This document shows, piece after piece, positions 42,441 to 55,442 of a DNA stretch of 64,000 nt. Position numbers and translations under genes: made by a program. Numbering within the stretch: position 1 is the first letter of the stretch; each line of letters starts with the position of its first letter. The stretch spans positions 38,750,001 through 38,814,000 of the forward strand of contig OZ024748.1 in the NCBI GenBank assembly GCA_964016885.1. Direction: 5' to 3'. A model generated the notes under the pieces. It saw only the letters and a program-made list of their open reading frames with translations, was not told the DNA's origin and made no database searches. This stretch comes from Eledone cirrhosa. Lineage: Eukaryota.

Positions 42441-42770
42441 TATATATATATATATAGAGAGAGAGAGAGGGGGGGGGGAGAGACAGCGGAAGAGAGGGAG
42501 AGAGGGAGAGAGGGAGAGAGGGAGGCAGAGAGAGGATGTCTGGTAACACATTACCCTTCACACGGTTTTCTAAACTTACCACTTTTCATGGTGGATATCA
42601 AATATTTCCTGATATGGTCGCAAGGTAAAGTGAATCCACTTGGGTTTCAATGACTCTAACTTGTCTTTTATTTCCACCCAGTTAGGCTCAGCTGCACTCA
42701 CACTCACATTTACACTCATATATACATATATATATCTTCTTCATCTACTTATTCTTGAGAGGATCGTGGG

Positions 42771-42837
<67 letters not shown>

Positions 42838-44356
42838 AATATAGACATAGAATATTCGAAAATATTCTGTATGTTTATAATAAACATTTTGAAGACCTAA
42901 TCGCTATAGAATAGAATACGTCACGTATTACAATTAGATTCTCGATAAAAGCAAGGGAAGTAATCTACGCGTTTCATTCTCGTTAGAAATCATCAGGACT
43001 ACATATCCAGTGCTTTTATCGAGAATGACACAGCTAGAGACTTATAGAATACTTAGCTGTGTACAGGAACTGGTTTGAAAGAGCGGTTGCCGGTCCGGCA
43101 GAAATTAGAAATTGGAATAAATGCTCTGAAATAGCGATATATATGTGAATATAGACATAGAATATTCGAAAATATTCTGTATGTTTATAATAAACATTTT
43201 GAAGACCTAATCGCTATAGAATAGAATACGTCACGTATTACAATTAGATTCTCGATAAAAGCAAGGGAAGTAATCTACGCGTTTCATTCTCGTTAGAAAT
43301 CATCAGGACTACATATCCAGTGCTTTTATCGAGAATGACACAGCTAGAGACTTATAGAATACTTAGCTGTGTACAGGAACTGGTTTGAAAGAGCGGTTGC
43401 CGGTCCGGCAGAAATTAGAAATTGGAATAAATGCTCTGAAATAGCGATATATATGTGAATATAGACATAGAATATTCGAAAATATTCTGTATGTTTATAA
43501 TAAACATTTTGAAGACCTAATCGCTATAGAATAGAATACGTCACGTATTACAATTAGATTCTCGATAAAAGCAAGGGAAGTAATCTACGCGTTTCATTCT
43601 TGTTAGAATTCATCAGGACTACATATCCAGTGCTTTTATCGAGAATGACACAGCTAGAGACTTATAGAATACTTAGCTGTGTACAGGAACTGGTTTGAAA
43701 GAGCGGTTGCCGGTCCGGCAGAAATTAGAAATTGGAATAAATGCTCTGAAATAGCGATATATATGTGAATATAGACATAGAATATTCGAAAATATTCTGT
43801 ATGTTTATAATAAACATTTTGAAGACCTAATCGCTATAGAATAGAATACGTCACGTATTACAATTAGATTCTCGATAAAAGCAAGGGAAGTAATCTACGC
43901 GTTTCATTCTCGTTAGAAATCATCAGGACTACATATCCAGTGCTTTTATCGAGAATGACACAGCTAGAGACTTATAGAATACTTAGCTGTGTACAGGAAC
44001 TGGTTTGAAAGAGCGGTTGCCGGTCCGGCAGAAATTAGAAATTGGAATAAATGCTCTGAAATAGCGATATATATGTGAATATAGACATAGAATATTCGAA
44101 AATATTCTGTATGTTTATAATAAACATTTTGAAGACCTAATCGCTATAGAATAGAATACGTCACGTATTACAATTAGATTCTCGATAAAAGCAAGGGAAG
44201 TAATCTACGCGTTTCATTCTCGTTAGAAATCATCAGGACTACATATCCAGTGCTTTTATCGAGAATGACACAGCTAGAGACTTATAGAATACTTAGCTGT
44301 GTACAGGAACTGGTTTGAAAGAGCGGTTGCCGGTCCGGCAGAAATTAGAAATTGGA
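42838..44356 (-). mobile_element. Retrozyme-like tandem array, 310-bp unit x ~4.9, one hammerhead per unit
   Basis: ATAGACATAG at 42841, 43151, 43461, 43771, 44081; units almost identical; flanked by (TA)n/(CA)n. Confidence 0.9.
42960..43002 (-). ncRNA. Type I hammerhead (repeated at 43270, 43580, 43890, 44200)
   Basis: Minus strand GTAGTC-CTGATGA-TTTCT-AACG-AGAAT-GAAA-CGCG-TA-GATTAC; flanked by 16-bp perfect inverted repeat ATTCTCGATAAAAGCA. Confidence 0.9.
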
Positions 44357-44714
44357 TTATACACACACACATACACACATACATCATGTGGAGTTGGATG
44401 TATTGCATCTGTTTGTTGTTTTGTTCTGAATTTGTAATCCGTGTCAATATATGACCCTACAAAACAATTTCTGTCTAACATAGCTGTATGACCCTGTTAG
44501 CTGGAGTCTAGAATATCTCTATGACCCTGTTCGGTGCAGTCTTTAATATCTGTATGACCCTGATAATAGATGCAGTCTGGAATATCTATGTGACCCTACT
44601 AACAATTGCAGTCTAAAATAGCTGTATGACCCTATTAATTGTTGTAAAATATAACCCTACTAAATTTTGAGTGTATGAACCTACTAACAATTGCAGTTAG
44701 TATATATATATATG

Positions 44715-44758
<44 letters not shown>

Positions 44759-44811
44759 ATGTGTGTGTGTGTGGACAAACATATACTCTTGTGTGTTACA
44801 TTTCCATAATA

Positions 44812-45000
44812 ATTGTTTCTACGTTTGGCACAAGACCAACACTCACCCCAGTGCATTACTGGTACTTTATTTTATCGACCCCGTAAGGATGAAAGGGAAA
44901 GTTAATCTCGGTTGAATTTGAACTCAGATCATAAAGGGCCGTAACTCTATGCTGCAAAGCATGGTCTCTGACCCTCTACCGATACTGCCAAACCACCAGA
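44812..45000 (-). mobile_element. SINE family 1
   Basis: Colinear with the other copies. Confidence 0.88.
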
Positions 45001-45459
45001 CAGTTCGCTCACAAACACACGCATCCACGTTTCCCTTAATGCACATACATAGAGAAGCATATAAACATATATACATGTACACATATATACATATATATGT
45101 ATATACATATATATATATAAACATATATACGTATATACATATATACATATATGCGTATACACACGCACATCTAAAACGAATACATTTAAAATAGGAACAA
45201 AATCTCAAGAATATGTGTCAGTGTAGAGAGGACCAGTGAAAATCAACACCTTGATAGTAAGACGTATTGTTTTATTGACTAGTATTACCTATGGTAATCT
45301 ATCCAGGTAATACTAGTCAAGCTTACCTGTACTCTATGACACTATTACCTTATAGGCTGTTGTAGTTTACATGGAACATTGTGGAAAATATTTAGAAATT
45401 AGTTTTATTTAGAAAGCTGCAGTAGGACAAATAGAGCATGAACTATTATAGATGTTGCT

Positions 45460-45665
45460 AGTTTAGGTAACAGGCCACCAATTTGAGTGGAGGGAGTCAA
45501 TTATATCGACCCCAGTGCGTTACTGGTACTTTATTTTATCGACCCCGTAAGGATGGAAAGTAAAGCTAACCTCGACGGGATTCAAAACGTAAAGAGATGT
45601 AACTCTATGCCGCAAAGCATGATGTCTGACGCTCTGCCGACACTGTCAATCCCACCGACCTCACT
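45460..45665 (-). mobile_element. SINE family 1 (longer 3' variant)
   Basis: Colinear with the other copies. Confidence 0.8.
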
Positions 45666-45874
45666 ATTATAAATAATAACAAAGGTATGGAAAAGTTATC
45701 TTGAAAATATTTGATTATTCCAGGTAGGTTTTCGAGTTTGGTCACTGCGAGAGAGTAAGGTGCAACCCATAAACCCTTTTGAGGACATTCGTGACTCGTG
45801 GCAAGAAAGAGGTGAGAGGGTTGCCCTCACAACGGAGATCTGGTCTAAATGCTTGCGACATAATGTATTTTCGC

Positions 45875-46648
45875 GGTGGTATGGAACACCAGACATGTAA
45901 CTATAGTAAAACACACTTGAACCAGACACAACGGGGTGGTATGGAAGACCAGACATGTAGCTATATTAAAACACACATGAACCAGAGACCACGGAGGTAG
46001 TATGGAAGACCAGACATGTAGCTATAGTAAAACACACTTGAACCAGACACAACCGGGTGGTATGGAAGACCAGACATGTAGCTATAGTAAAACACACTTG
46101 AACCAGACACCACGGAGGTAGTATGGAAGACTAGACATGTAGCTATATTAAAACACACTTGAACCAGACACCACGGAGGTAGTATGGAAGACCAGACATG
46201 TAGCTATATTAAAACACACTTGAACCAGACACCACGGAGGTAGTATGGAAGACCAGACATGTAGCTATAGTAAAACACACTTGAACCAGACACCACGGGG
46301 TGGTATGGAAGACCAGACATGTAGCTATATTAAAACACACTTGAACCAGACACCACGGGGTGGTATGGAAGACCAGACATGTAGCTATATTAAAACACAC
46401 TTGAACCAGACACCACGGGGTGGTATGGAAGACCAGACATGTAGCTATATTAAAACACACTTGAACCAGACACCACGGAGGTAGTATGGAAGACCAGACA
46501 TGTAGCTATATTAAAACACACTTGAACCAGACACCACGGGGTGGTATGGAAGACCAAACATGTAGCTATAGTAAAACACACAAGAACCAGACACCACGGG
46601 GTGGTATGGAAGACCAAACATGTAGCTATAGTAAAACACATTTGAACA
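45875..46648. repeat. 60/61-bp minisatellite
   Basis: About 13 copies of GGTGGTATGGAAGACCAGACATGTAGCTATA(G/T)TAAAACACACTTGAACCAGACACCACG. Confidence 0.95.
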
Positions 46649-47018
46649 CCATATCTTATGATTACGGGACCAATTACTTAACCACTCAGCCAGCAATATC
46701 GACCTATTTCAAAATAAACAAAGTAGCCATGATTTAAAAATGATGTCCGTTGTCTTTGATTAAACTCTAGCTAGGTCAGCTAAGACTACACAGACATCTA
46801 CGATTAACGACATCCCAGCCGTGACAATCCCCGTTGATTTTATTGGCAGTCTGTCTAGAAGTAGTTTATTAAATATGTCCCCTTCTTTAATAATGACAGG
46901 ATTTTTAGGGAGTTTTTATATGATATTTCTACTCGGTCGAGTAGAAGGTTGTTAGATGGCTTATGTAAACATCATAATGTTAGACGTTGTTTACACAGGG
47001 GAAACGACAATTATGGAT

Positions 47019-47112
<94 letters not shown>

Positions 47113-47121
47113 TTTATTCTG

Positions 47122-47600
47122 CCACCTCCTCCTCCAACCCCGCCACCACCACTACCACCACCTCCACCACCACTACCAACATCACCAACACCACCACCAT
47201 CACTACACCACCACCACCGTCACCTCCTCCTCCTCCACCACCATCCACCACCACTACCACCACCTCCACCGCCACCACCACTACACCACCACCACCTCCT
47301 CCTCCATCACCACCACCACTATACCACCACCGCCTCCACCTCCTCCTCCACCACCACCAACATCACCACAATCACCACTACCACCACAATCACCACCAAC
47401 ACCGCCATCACCACCAACACTACAACCACCACCATTACCACCACCACCACCACCACCACTACCATCACCACCACCAACACTACAACCACCACCATTACCA
47501 CCACCACCACCACCACCACTACCATCACCACCACCAACACTACAACCACCACCATTACCACCACCACCACCACCACCACTACCATCACCACCACCACCAC
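47122..47600. repeat. (CAC)n low complexity with 60-bp periodicity at the end
   Basis: Direct reading. Confidence 0.9.
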
Positions 47601-47869
47601 TACGTATCTCGTTGACATTTTCACTTTAGTTGACTAATTCTTGAATTGTTTCTTGGATGAGGTCCTGGTCCCTACCCCCGTCATGAGAAGTTGCTGTGGG
47701 GTGGGGCAGCGGGAATACCAATTCCACCTCCACCACTCCCCTAGACACTTCAAATACGGCGCCATTCATAAGTTTTCACTAGGGAACAATTAGTGTGTTC
47801 GTGTTTGAGTATGTACGTGTTTCTGTATATGTGTGCATGTATGTTTATACACACACATACACACACGCG

Positions 47870-47901
<32 letters not shown>

Positions 47902-47923
47902 CATACATGCACACATGTAGGTT

Positions 47924-47964
<41 letters not shown>

Positions 47965-48084
47965 GTATGTATATGTATATATATGTATATGTGTGTATAT
48001 GTGTATATATGTATGTGTGTGTATATGTGTATATGTATATGTGTGTATATGTGTATGTGTATATGTATATGTATGTATATGTAA

Positions 48085-48650
48085 ATTGATGGTAGTTACA
48101 GAGTAGGTAGACCCAGAAAAACCTGGGACGATCTGATAAATTCCGACCTTACACACTTGCACCTCTCTAAGACAATGTCAGTGGACCGAGATCTTTGGCG
48201 CTACGCAGTAATACAGAAGACCCGCCTTGCCTAAGTACAAACCGAAACCTACAGTCAGTAGGCACCTCTGAACCAAATATACACCCCAATCCACTACCCA
48301 TAACCTATTCTCCCACTCCCACCAACACCACCCTCTCTCTGTAAAGTTGGTACCACAACATTCAGTCCAAATAAATGAGATAATGAGATGGAGATCGAGA
48401 TCGTGTAGGTGTCACGACAAAAACACAGTCCACGCTGTAATGTGGCCGTGTAAGTAGCACGGTAAAAAGTTCCCAGTTCCACACTGTAAATGTGGTTGGT
48501 GTTAGGAAGGGCATCCAGCCGTAGAAAACCCGCCAGATAGTCCTATAGGAGTGAGACACGGTCACCCGACCACCCTTGCCTCAAGTGGGACAACTCCCGG
48601 CTAACCCATGCTAGCGTGGAAAGTGGACGTTAAACGAGGACGATGATGAT
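48085..48650 (+). mobile_element. RTE-clade LINE 3' end
   Basis: GRPRKTWDDLINSDL..MSVDRDLWRYAV stop; 3' UTR ends GGACGTTAAACGAGGAC(GAT)n. Confidence 0.85.
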
Positions 48651-49730
48651 GTGTGTATATGTATATGTATATATGTGTGTGTATGTATATATGTGTGTGT
48701 ATGAGTCCTGGGGTCAATCTGGGTCAACCAGTGTTAGTAAAGTACTCAATACTCTACAGGTTATTAAAGGAAGGAGTATTAAATTAATTACAATATTTTG
48801 GGGTTGATTTCTTGAACCATCGACTATTTTTTGAAAGGTTTGTGTTTATTTTATAGAATTGATCTGTGATTACTGATGGTGGGGATTAAATCAATCAGTC
48901 ACCACCTTTATCGGAAGTCAGTTGGAAGTATTTAGACTAGGTCTCAAGTTGGACAGGTACCTACGTTCTCCCACTCTCCCACCCTCCCACTCTCCCTCTC
49001 TCCCACTATCCCACCCTCCCACTCTCCCATCCTCCCACTATCCCTCTCTCCCACTATCCCATCCTCCCACTCTCCCTCTCTCCCGCTCTCCCACCCTCCC
49101 ACTCTCCCATCCTCCCACTCTGCCTCTCTCCCGCTCTCCCATTGACCACTGGAATCCCTAAAAACGGAAAGGGTTATGGGCGTTACCCTGACAACATCAC
49201 GTTAAAAATAGACTATTAATTTCAAGTTAATTAGATTCCATATATAATAAGTCTTTATATAATTTAGTTTAATCCGTTAGTTTTATACAATTATACAAAA
49301 GTTCGCTGGAATGTTTCTTGAGGGTGTTTTTGTTTTTTTTTTAATTGTGCACTCGTCTCACAGTTGATATATAAAATTATGTTTAAGACGAAGAAACTAG
49401 CTGGCTTGCTGTTACTGTAGGCTATAAAACAATAGCACAGTATTTCATAACAAGAACGAACACTACAGCAGTTTATATTTGCAAATAAAATCTAATTTGA
49501 CAGTCTCTATGTACACAGAATGGTTTTGTGGCTTTTGCAGTCGTTGCAGTTATGTGTCGACGCTTTTCAAAAGAAATGAAACAAAACTTAAACCAAATTT
49601 GACATTCGGTAACCTCGTCATCGTTTATGTTCTTTTATTATTCCTTTAGATTTTAGTGTTGTTGAACTGTCTAGAAAGTTAAACAGAGGTGGATATAAAG
49701 ATAGATATAGAAACATATAAGTATAGATGT

Positions 49731-49763
<33 letters not shown>

Positions 49764-50038
49764 TGTTTCTTTATTAGCCACAGGGGCACAAAAGAAGGGG
49801 ACAAATACAAAGGGGGAAGTTTACATACAATAAAAACGTAGATAGATAGATAGATAGATAGATAGATATGTTTCTTTATTAGCCACAGGGGCACAAAAGA
49901 AGGGGACAAATACAAAGGGGGAAGTTTACATACAATAAAAACGTAGATAGATAGATAGATAGATATGTTTCTTTATTAGCCACAGGGGCACAAAAGAAGG
50001 GGACAAATACAAAGGGGGAAGTTACATACAATAAAACG

Positions 50039-50040
<2 letters not shown>
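49764..50040 (-). mobile_element. Three tandem ~76-bp Tx1-like LINE 3' tips separated by (GATA)n
   Basis: GTTTCTTTATTAGCCACAGGGGCACAAAAGAAGG...TAAAAACGT x3. Confidence 0.92.
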
Positions 50041-50086
<46 letters not shown>

Positions 50087-50599
50087 GTTAGATTGACAAA
50101 TATAAAGATAGATAAAGAGAGAGAGATAGATAGGAAGAGAGGCGCGAGAGATGGGTGGGTAGGTAGATAGATAGGATGGGAAATGGATGGCTAGGTGACA
50201 CCAACGCATTATACTGTGTGATGTGCTCTGGTGTTTAAACCTTAAGAAGGTTTTATTAAATATGCTGCATTGGCTTGTCTTAAATAGACATACATTATAT
50301 ATTCCAGCATGAAAGACTCAGTGGTTCTATTCCACCCGGGGCAGTCTCAGTGGAGATATACAAAACGTACAAACTAACGAAGGAGCCTCATCGCAGTCGT
50401 TCGATTCGTTAGAAATAACAGCTACATCTCTTTCAAATAACATCCTTTCGTCTAAAGTCACATTGGATAATGTACTCCCTACTATATAAGCCGATTAAGT
50501 CCTCCTACTACTTGACAGATACTTTGTCAAGCCCAGAAGGGTGGAAAACAACAGAACCTGCCTTAGGTTGGTAGTGACTCTGTCACGGAATGAAAAACT

Positions 50600-51332
50600 T
50601 GCAAATGTAAGAACTTGTTTATTACAATATACAGGTTAAAGAGAACAATTTATACACAGCATCAAATCGAAAATGTAAACACTGCAACACTTGTCTCAGA
50701 GAAAAACATCAGCGTAACCAAACTATCAGTTATTTTGAAACAAAGAAATTGGATAGACATGAAAAACAAAAATAAATGCGTTATCTGTCTGTCGTTTAAT
50801 ATCATTGCTTCTAAATGAAAATCTGATAAGGCTTTATTCAAGTTCAATGCTTTTTTTACAAAATATTTGCTTGTTTTACGGTGTATTCAAATAAGCTTGT
50901 TTCAAGTAAAAATATTGTTTTAAAAGACTTTTTAATGGAAATGAAGCAAAATGGAAGCTTAATGTTGAAACTTCGAACTCGTGAATTTTGCAGGTTAAAA
51001 TGTTGCTGGTCCGAAAACTGTTCGCGTATTTTTGTACTTTTGCACGCGTCGTATATTCGTAACGTAAATAGATAGACAGAATGATGCCATAAAAGGGAAA
51101 TAACTCGTCTCTCATCTCTATACATTTGAACTGAAAAATCAATACATTACAAATTCGATTTTTGCACTTGGCGTGGGTCGATTTGAAAATTGTTTTGGCC
51201 GATGTCTCCGCCGGACCTTCATCTGTAAGTGTAGCAATTTCACCGAAATTTGAAGGTACGGTTTAGGAGGAGATGTGTGCCGACCGTTTTAGTAGACAGA
51301 CAGACAGACAACCTCAGTTTTATATATATAGA
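50600..51332 (-). mobile_element. Non-autonomous Helitron 5' portion (family A)
   Basis: Minus strand starts TCTATATATATAAAACTGAGGTTGTCTGTCTGTC; 50910-51332 closely matches 53071-53487. Confidence 0.75.
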
Positions 51333-51770
51333 CTAGCAGAGGTACCCGGCGTTGCTCGGGTATTAAATACCAGTTATGTATACCATTTATGTCAATACTT
51401 CAGTGCTGCTTGGAAAACTATACTTTTACAAAATCATCGGTTTTTTTCCAAAAGGAGGTTCCTGCCCCCAGAGGTCCCCTACTCAATATGTGCCAATTCT
51501 GAGAGTTCACATTCATCTGTAGAAAAAACGTAGCCCATGTGTCAAGTTTTGTGAAAATCGGTTGTGAACTCCAGAAGTTATGACGTTTTGTTGCATTGCA
51601 CTGCAGTGCTTCAGTCGACTCCAAAGAAGTGGTTAAAGGGGCTTATCTGCTGGGAGGCCCTATAATCAATATTTGGAAAAATGAAAGTGCTCATGACCAT
51701 CCGAAGTACATAAGTAACCTATGTCTTAAGTTTGGTGAAAATACTGTAGAAATGCATATGGTTTACACAC
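51333..51770 (-). mobile_element. Non-autonomous Helitron 3' portion (family B)
   Basis: Minus strand ends with hairpin ACCCGAGCAACGCCGGGT then CTAG. Confidence 0.75.
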
Positions 51771-51919
51771 ACACGCGTGCGCGCGCGCGCGTGTGTGTGT
51801 GTGTGTGTTTTTGTGTGTGTATATATTTGTGTGTGCGTATGTATATGTATGTGTATGTCCGTCGGCGCATACGTATGTACTGGCCTAAATCTTCACTATT
51901 TACTTTTACTATTTTAAGG

Positions 51920-52022
51920 CAAAGTTCAAATCCCGTCGAGGTTAACTTTGCCTTTCATCCTTACGGGGTCGATAAAATAAAGTACTGGGTATTTGCTGGC
52001 CTTGTGCCTAAAGTAGAAACAA
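51920..52022 (+). mobile_element. SINE family 1 (3' part)
   Basis: GTTCAAATCCCGTCGAGGTTAACTTTGCCTTTCATCC. Confidence 0.85.
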
Positions 52023-52424
52023 CTATTTTAATAACCTCTGTCATTTTCGTTTACAATTTTATTTACATCATTCTTAAACTCCGGGGCTGGAAATCATTCG
52101 TTTATTTTCAATCGAATATTAGTCTAACGACTCCATTTACACCATAAACTTGGTCTTGTCTTTGCATGAAATTGTTCTTCTCGGTCCACATAACGACGTA
52201 TTATCCTCGCTTCGTTCATTGCCAGGGAACGTCTTCATGAACCAAAATATTGTCTTCCTGATTTCCTTCGGTTGCACCGTTTCTCGAAATATTTAATTCT
52301 GCGTCCACAGATTGAATTTTTTAGTGTCAGGAGATCCCGTTAATGTTGAAAGCAGCGATTCTTTGCTTAAACTTTCTTTCTTTCTCAACCCCCTCTCCCT
52401 TTTTTCTCACACCCTCTCTCTATC

Positions 52425-52475
<51 letters not shown>

Positions 52476-52628
52476 CTCTCTCTCTCTCACTCAATCATAG
52501 CCTCTCTCTCTCTCTCTCTCTCTTCCTCCTGCAGAATGGAGAACAATAAAGAACGCGCAGATCTCTCTCTCTCTCTGTCTTTATATATATATGTGTTTGT
52601 GTGTGTGTGAACCAGCGTTCGTCGCTAT

Positions 52629-52659
<31 letters not shown>

Positions 52660-52809
52660 ATCTGATTATCTTGTACCTCTCTCTATATAACGACCTATCT
52701 CACACTCTCTCTCTCTACATCTCCCTTTCTCTCTCTCTCTACATCTCCCTTTCTCTCTTTAGATGTATATGTATATGTTAGTGTGATATATATATATAGA
52801 GAGAGAGAG

Positions 52810-53075
52810 TTGCAACATGTAGTTTCATAGATTTTTGAGGGTATAAACAGAGCATATAAATACATTTATAGTAGAATAACATAACAAATATATTTTAAAT
52901 ATATACATAAACTACAATATTAAAGAAAATGCAAAGGAAGGGGTGAACAACGGAGCCAACACCAGAGCAAAAGACAGCAACGTCGCGAGTACTGGGCAAC
53001 CTCTCTAATTTTGAGGCAAGCCAGCACACTCGCAGCGTTGCCTCGGGTGATGGCGACGCTGATGCGCTGAAATAT
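52810..53075 (-). mobile_element. CRE-like (restriction-like endonuclease) LINE 3' end
   Basis: Minus strand FQRISVAITRGNAASVLAC; AT-rich 3' UTR ending at (TC)n. Confidence 0.7.
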
Positions 53076-53487
53076 TGTTTTAAAAGACTTTTTAATGGAA
53101 ATGAAGCAAAATGGAAGCTTACTGTTGAAACTTCAAACTCATGAATTTTGCAGGTTAAAATTTTGCTGGCCCGAAAACTGTTCGTGTATTTTTGTACGCG
53201 TAGTTTATTCGTAACGTAAATAGATAAACAAATGACCCCTTAAAAGGGAAATAACTCGTCTCTCATTTCTATTTATACATTTGAACTGAAAAATCAATAC
53301 ATTACAAATTCGATTTTTGCACTTGGCGTGGGTCGATTTGAACATTTTTTTGACCGATGTCTCCGCCGGACCTTCATCTATAAGTGTAGCAATTTCACCG
53401 AAATTTGAACGTACGGTTTAAGAGGAGATGTGTGCCGACCGTTTTAGTAGATAGACAGACAGACAACCTCAGTTTTATATATATAGA
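53071..53487 (-). mobile_element. Helitron family A, second copy
   Basis: Duplicate of 50910-51332. Confidence 0.75.
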
Positions 53488-54471
53488 CTAGCAGAAAACC
53501 ACCCGGTGGACGGTTTTCTGCTAGCAAATCTAGTGTATATACTGATATTGTTGAAATTTGGATGAGAAATGTTTTCCGCACCACATGTTCACCGTCTCTC
53601 GGTGTGTCTTTTATGCATGTATAAATATATATGTTATCTATACGGTGAAATCTTTGAAATAAATATATGTTAAAACGAAAAAGGAGAAAATAAATAACTG
53701 GCGGTTAGAAAAAAATATTCCTATGAAATTTTAATCATACCATTAGGTGTGAATAAGGAAATATTTTTTTATTGTCAAAACAAATGTTCAAAAGTTAAAC
53801 TTCAATTTTTTTAATTATTTCCAATTTTTTCATGAAATTGAACACTGGACATTGGCTGCTGGAAATGGAAATTAAATCGTATTTAATTGTATTTAAATTT
53901 CTAACCTTATTTTATTATTTATATTTTTTCAATAAGAAATTTAAAAAAATTGAACAAATCAAACGTAGGTTATGGAACTGCGCAATCTGATTAATAAATT
54001 ACCTCATCAGCAGCAACCTTCTTCAAATGGTCCTTATTATCAGCAGCAACAACCACAAATTCAATGGCAACCTTATTCAAACCACAAATTCAATGGCAAC
54101 CTTCTTCGCATGGTGTCAAGTCAGAACCGCCTCGAACTGGTTACTTCTGGTTTGTGCAACGTGTCTCTATAGCAACCAGCGATTCCCTCGGCCTCAGTGA
54201 CCAAAGTCAGTGGAGAGGGGAAGGTAATGTTTCTATAGCGACAGTGTTTCTCTTGGTAGTACCAAAGTGGAGAAAGGAAGGGGGAAGGTAATATTTCTGT
54301 AGCACGTGTTTTAGCGTCTATTCACTCTCTCTCTCTCCCTCTCTCCCTCCCGCTATCCCCCTCTCGTAGTCTGTCTCTTTCTTTCACTCTCACTCTTACT
54401 CTCTCTCTACGCACGTGTTTCCACTGTCGGACAGACAGACAGAGGAATTGCTGGTTATATATATAAGTAGA
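53488..54471 (-). mobile_element. Non-autonomous Helitron (family C)
   Basis: Minus strand starts TCTACTTATATATATAACC..CTGTCTGTC; ends in palindrome CTAGCAGAAAACC..GGTTTTCTGCTAG. Confidence 0.7.
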
Positions 54472-55395
54472 TAACTAGGAGAGAATAGAGGAATGGGTGA
54501 GAAGCATACAATACCCTAACAGACGGGTTTTTTCCTCAACTCCCTATCACAACACTTTGATAACACTTACACAACACTTTCGCAACGCTCTCACAACACT
54601 TACACAACACTTACATAACACTTACACAACACTTACACAACACTTACACAACACTTACACAGCACTTACACAGCACTTACACAACACTTTCATAACGTCA
54701 ATCTTTTGTTTTGTTTTTACAATATCATTTTCTATTAACAAACTTGTATCTTGCTGCTACATGACATCACTTCACACCCGCCGCTCTACTGATTTGGTGT
54801 TTGCCATAAGACCTTAACTGCTGGTACAGTCTTAGGGATGCCATCTGAGACATTTAAACATGGCAAAGCCCATCATTCTCTCTGTAGGAGGAACAGAGCT
54901 GATTACCACCAGAGAAATAGAAGATAGAGAAAGAAAGAGAAATAACGAGTTGGAAATCGACGCCGGTAATAACTTGTACTATATTTGTCGACCTCGAAAT
55001 GAAGAAAGACAAAGTTGACCTCGGTGGGATTTGGAATTAATTCAAGGCCCAGAGAAGAGAAACGAATGCGGCGAATCATTCAATCGGATGTTTTAATTGC
55101 GTCTAGCAATGTCCGCCATATTTCTTGTAATCCGCCGCCATTAAAATTATATTTTCTAATAACAGTTTTAAGAAGTTGTGTAACATGAACCATAAACCAT
55201 AAAACAGAGATTACAGTTAAATTACTTGGTAATTGCTTTGGGAGGTGTCGCTTTCCTTTTAGGCCTAGTGTAATGGATTGTGTGTGTGTTTGTGAGTGTG
55301 TGTGTGTGTGTATGTTTGTGTAGGAGTAGTAATGTTAGTGGTGGTGGCGAGTGAAGTGTGTATATGCACATCAGTCTGTATGTGTATGTAAGTGT

Positions 55396-55442
<47 letters not shown>

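Noticed and set aside
45875-46648. Regular 60-bp repeats as a CRISPR array or coding repeat
   Set aside because: No unique spacers, eukaryotic context, and 61-bp units break the reading frame
49145-49212. Faint resemblance to an RTE 5' twister-like motif
   Set aside because: Conserved pairings could not be reconstructed
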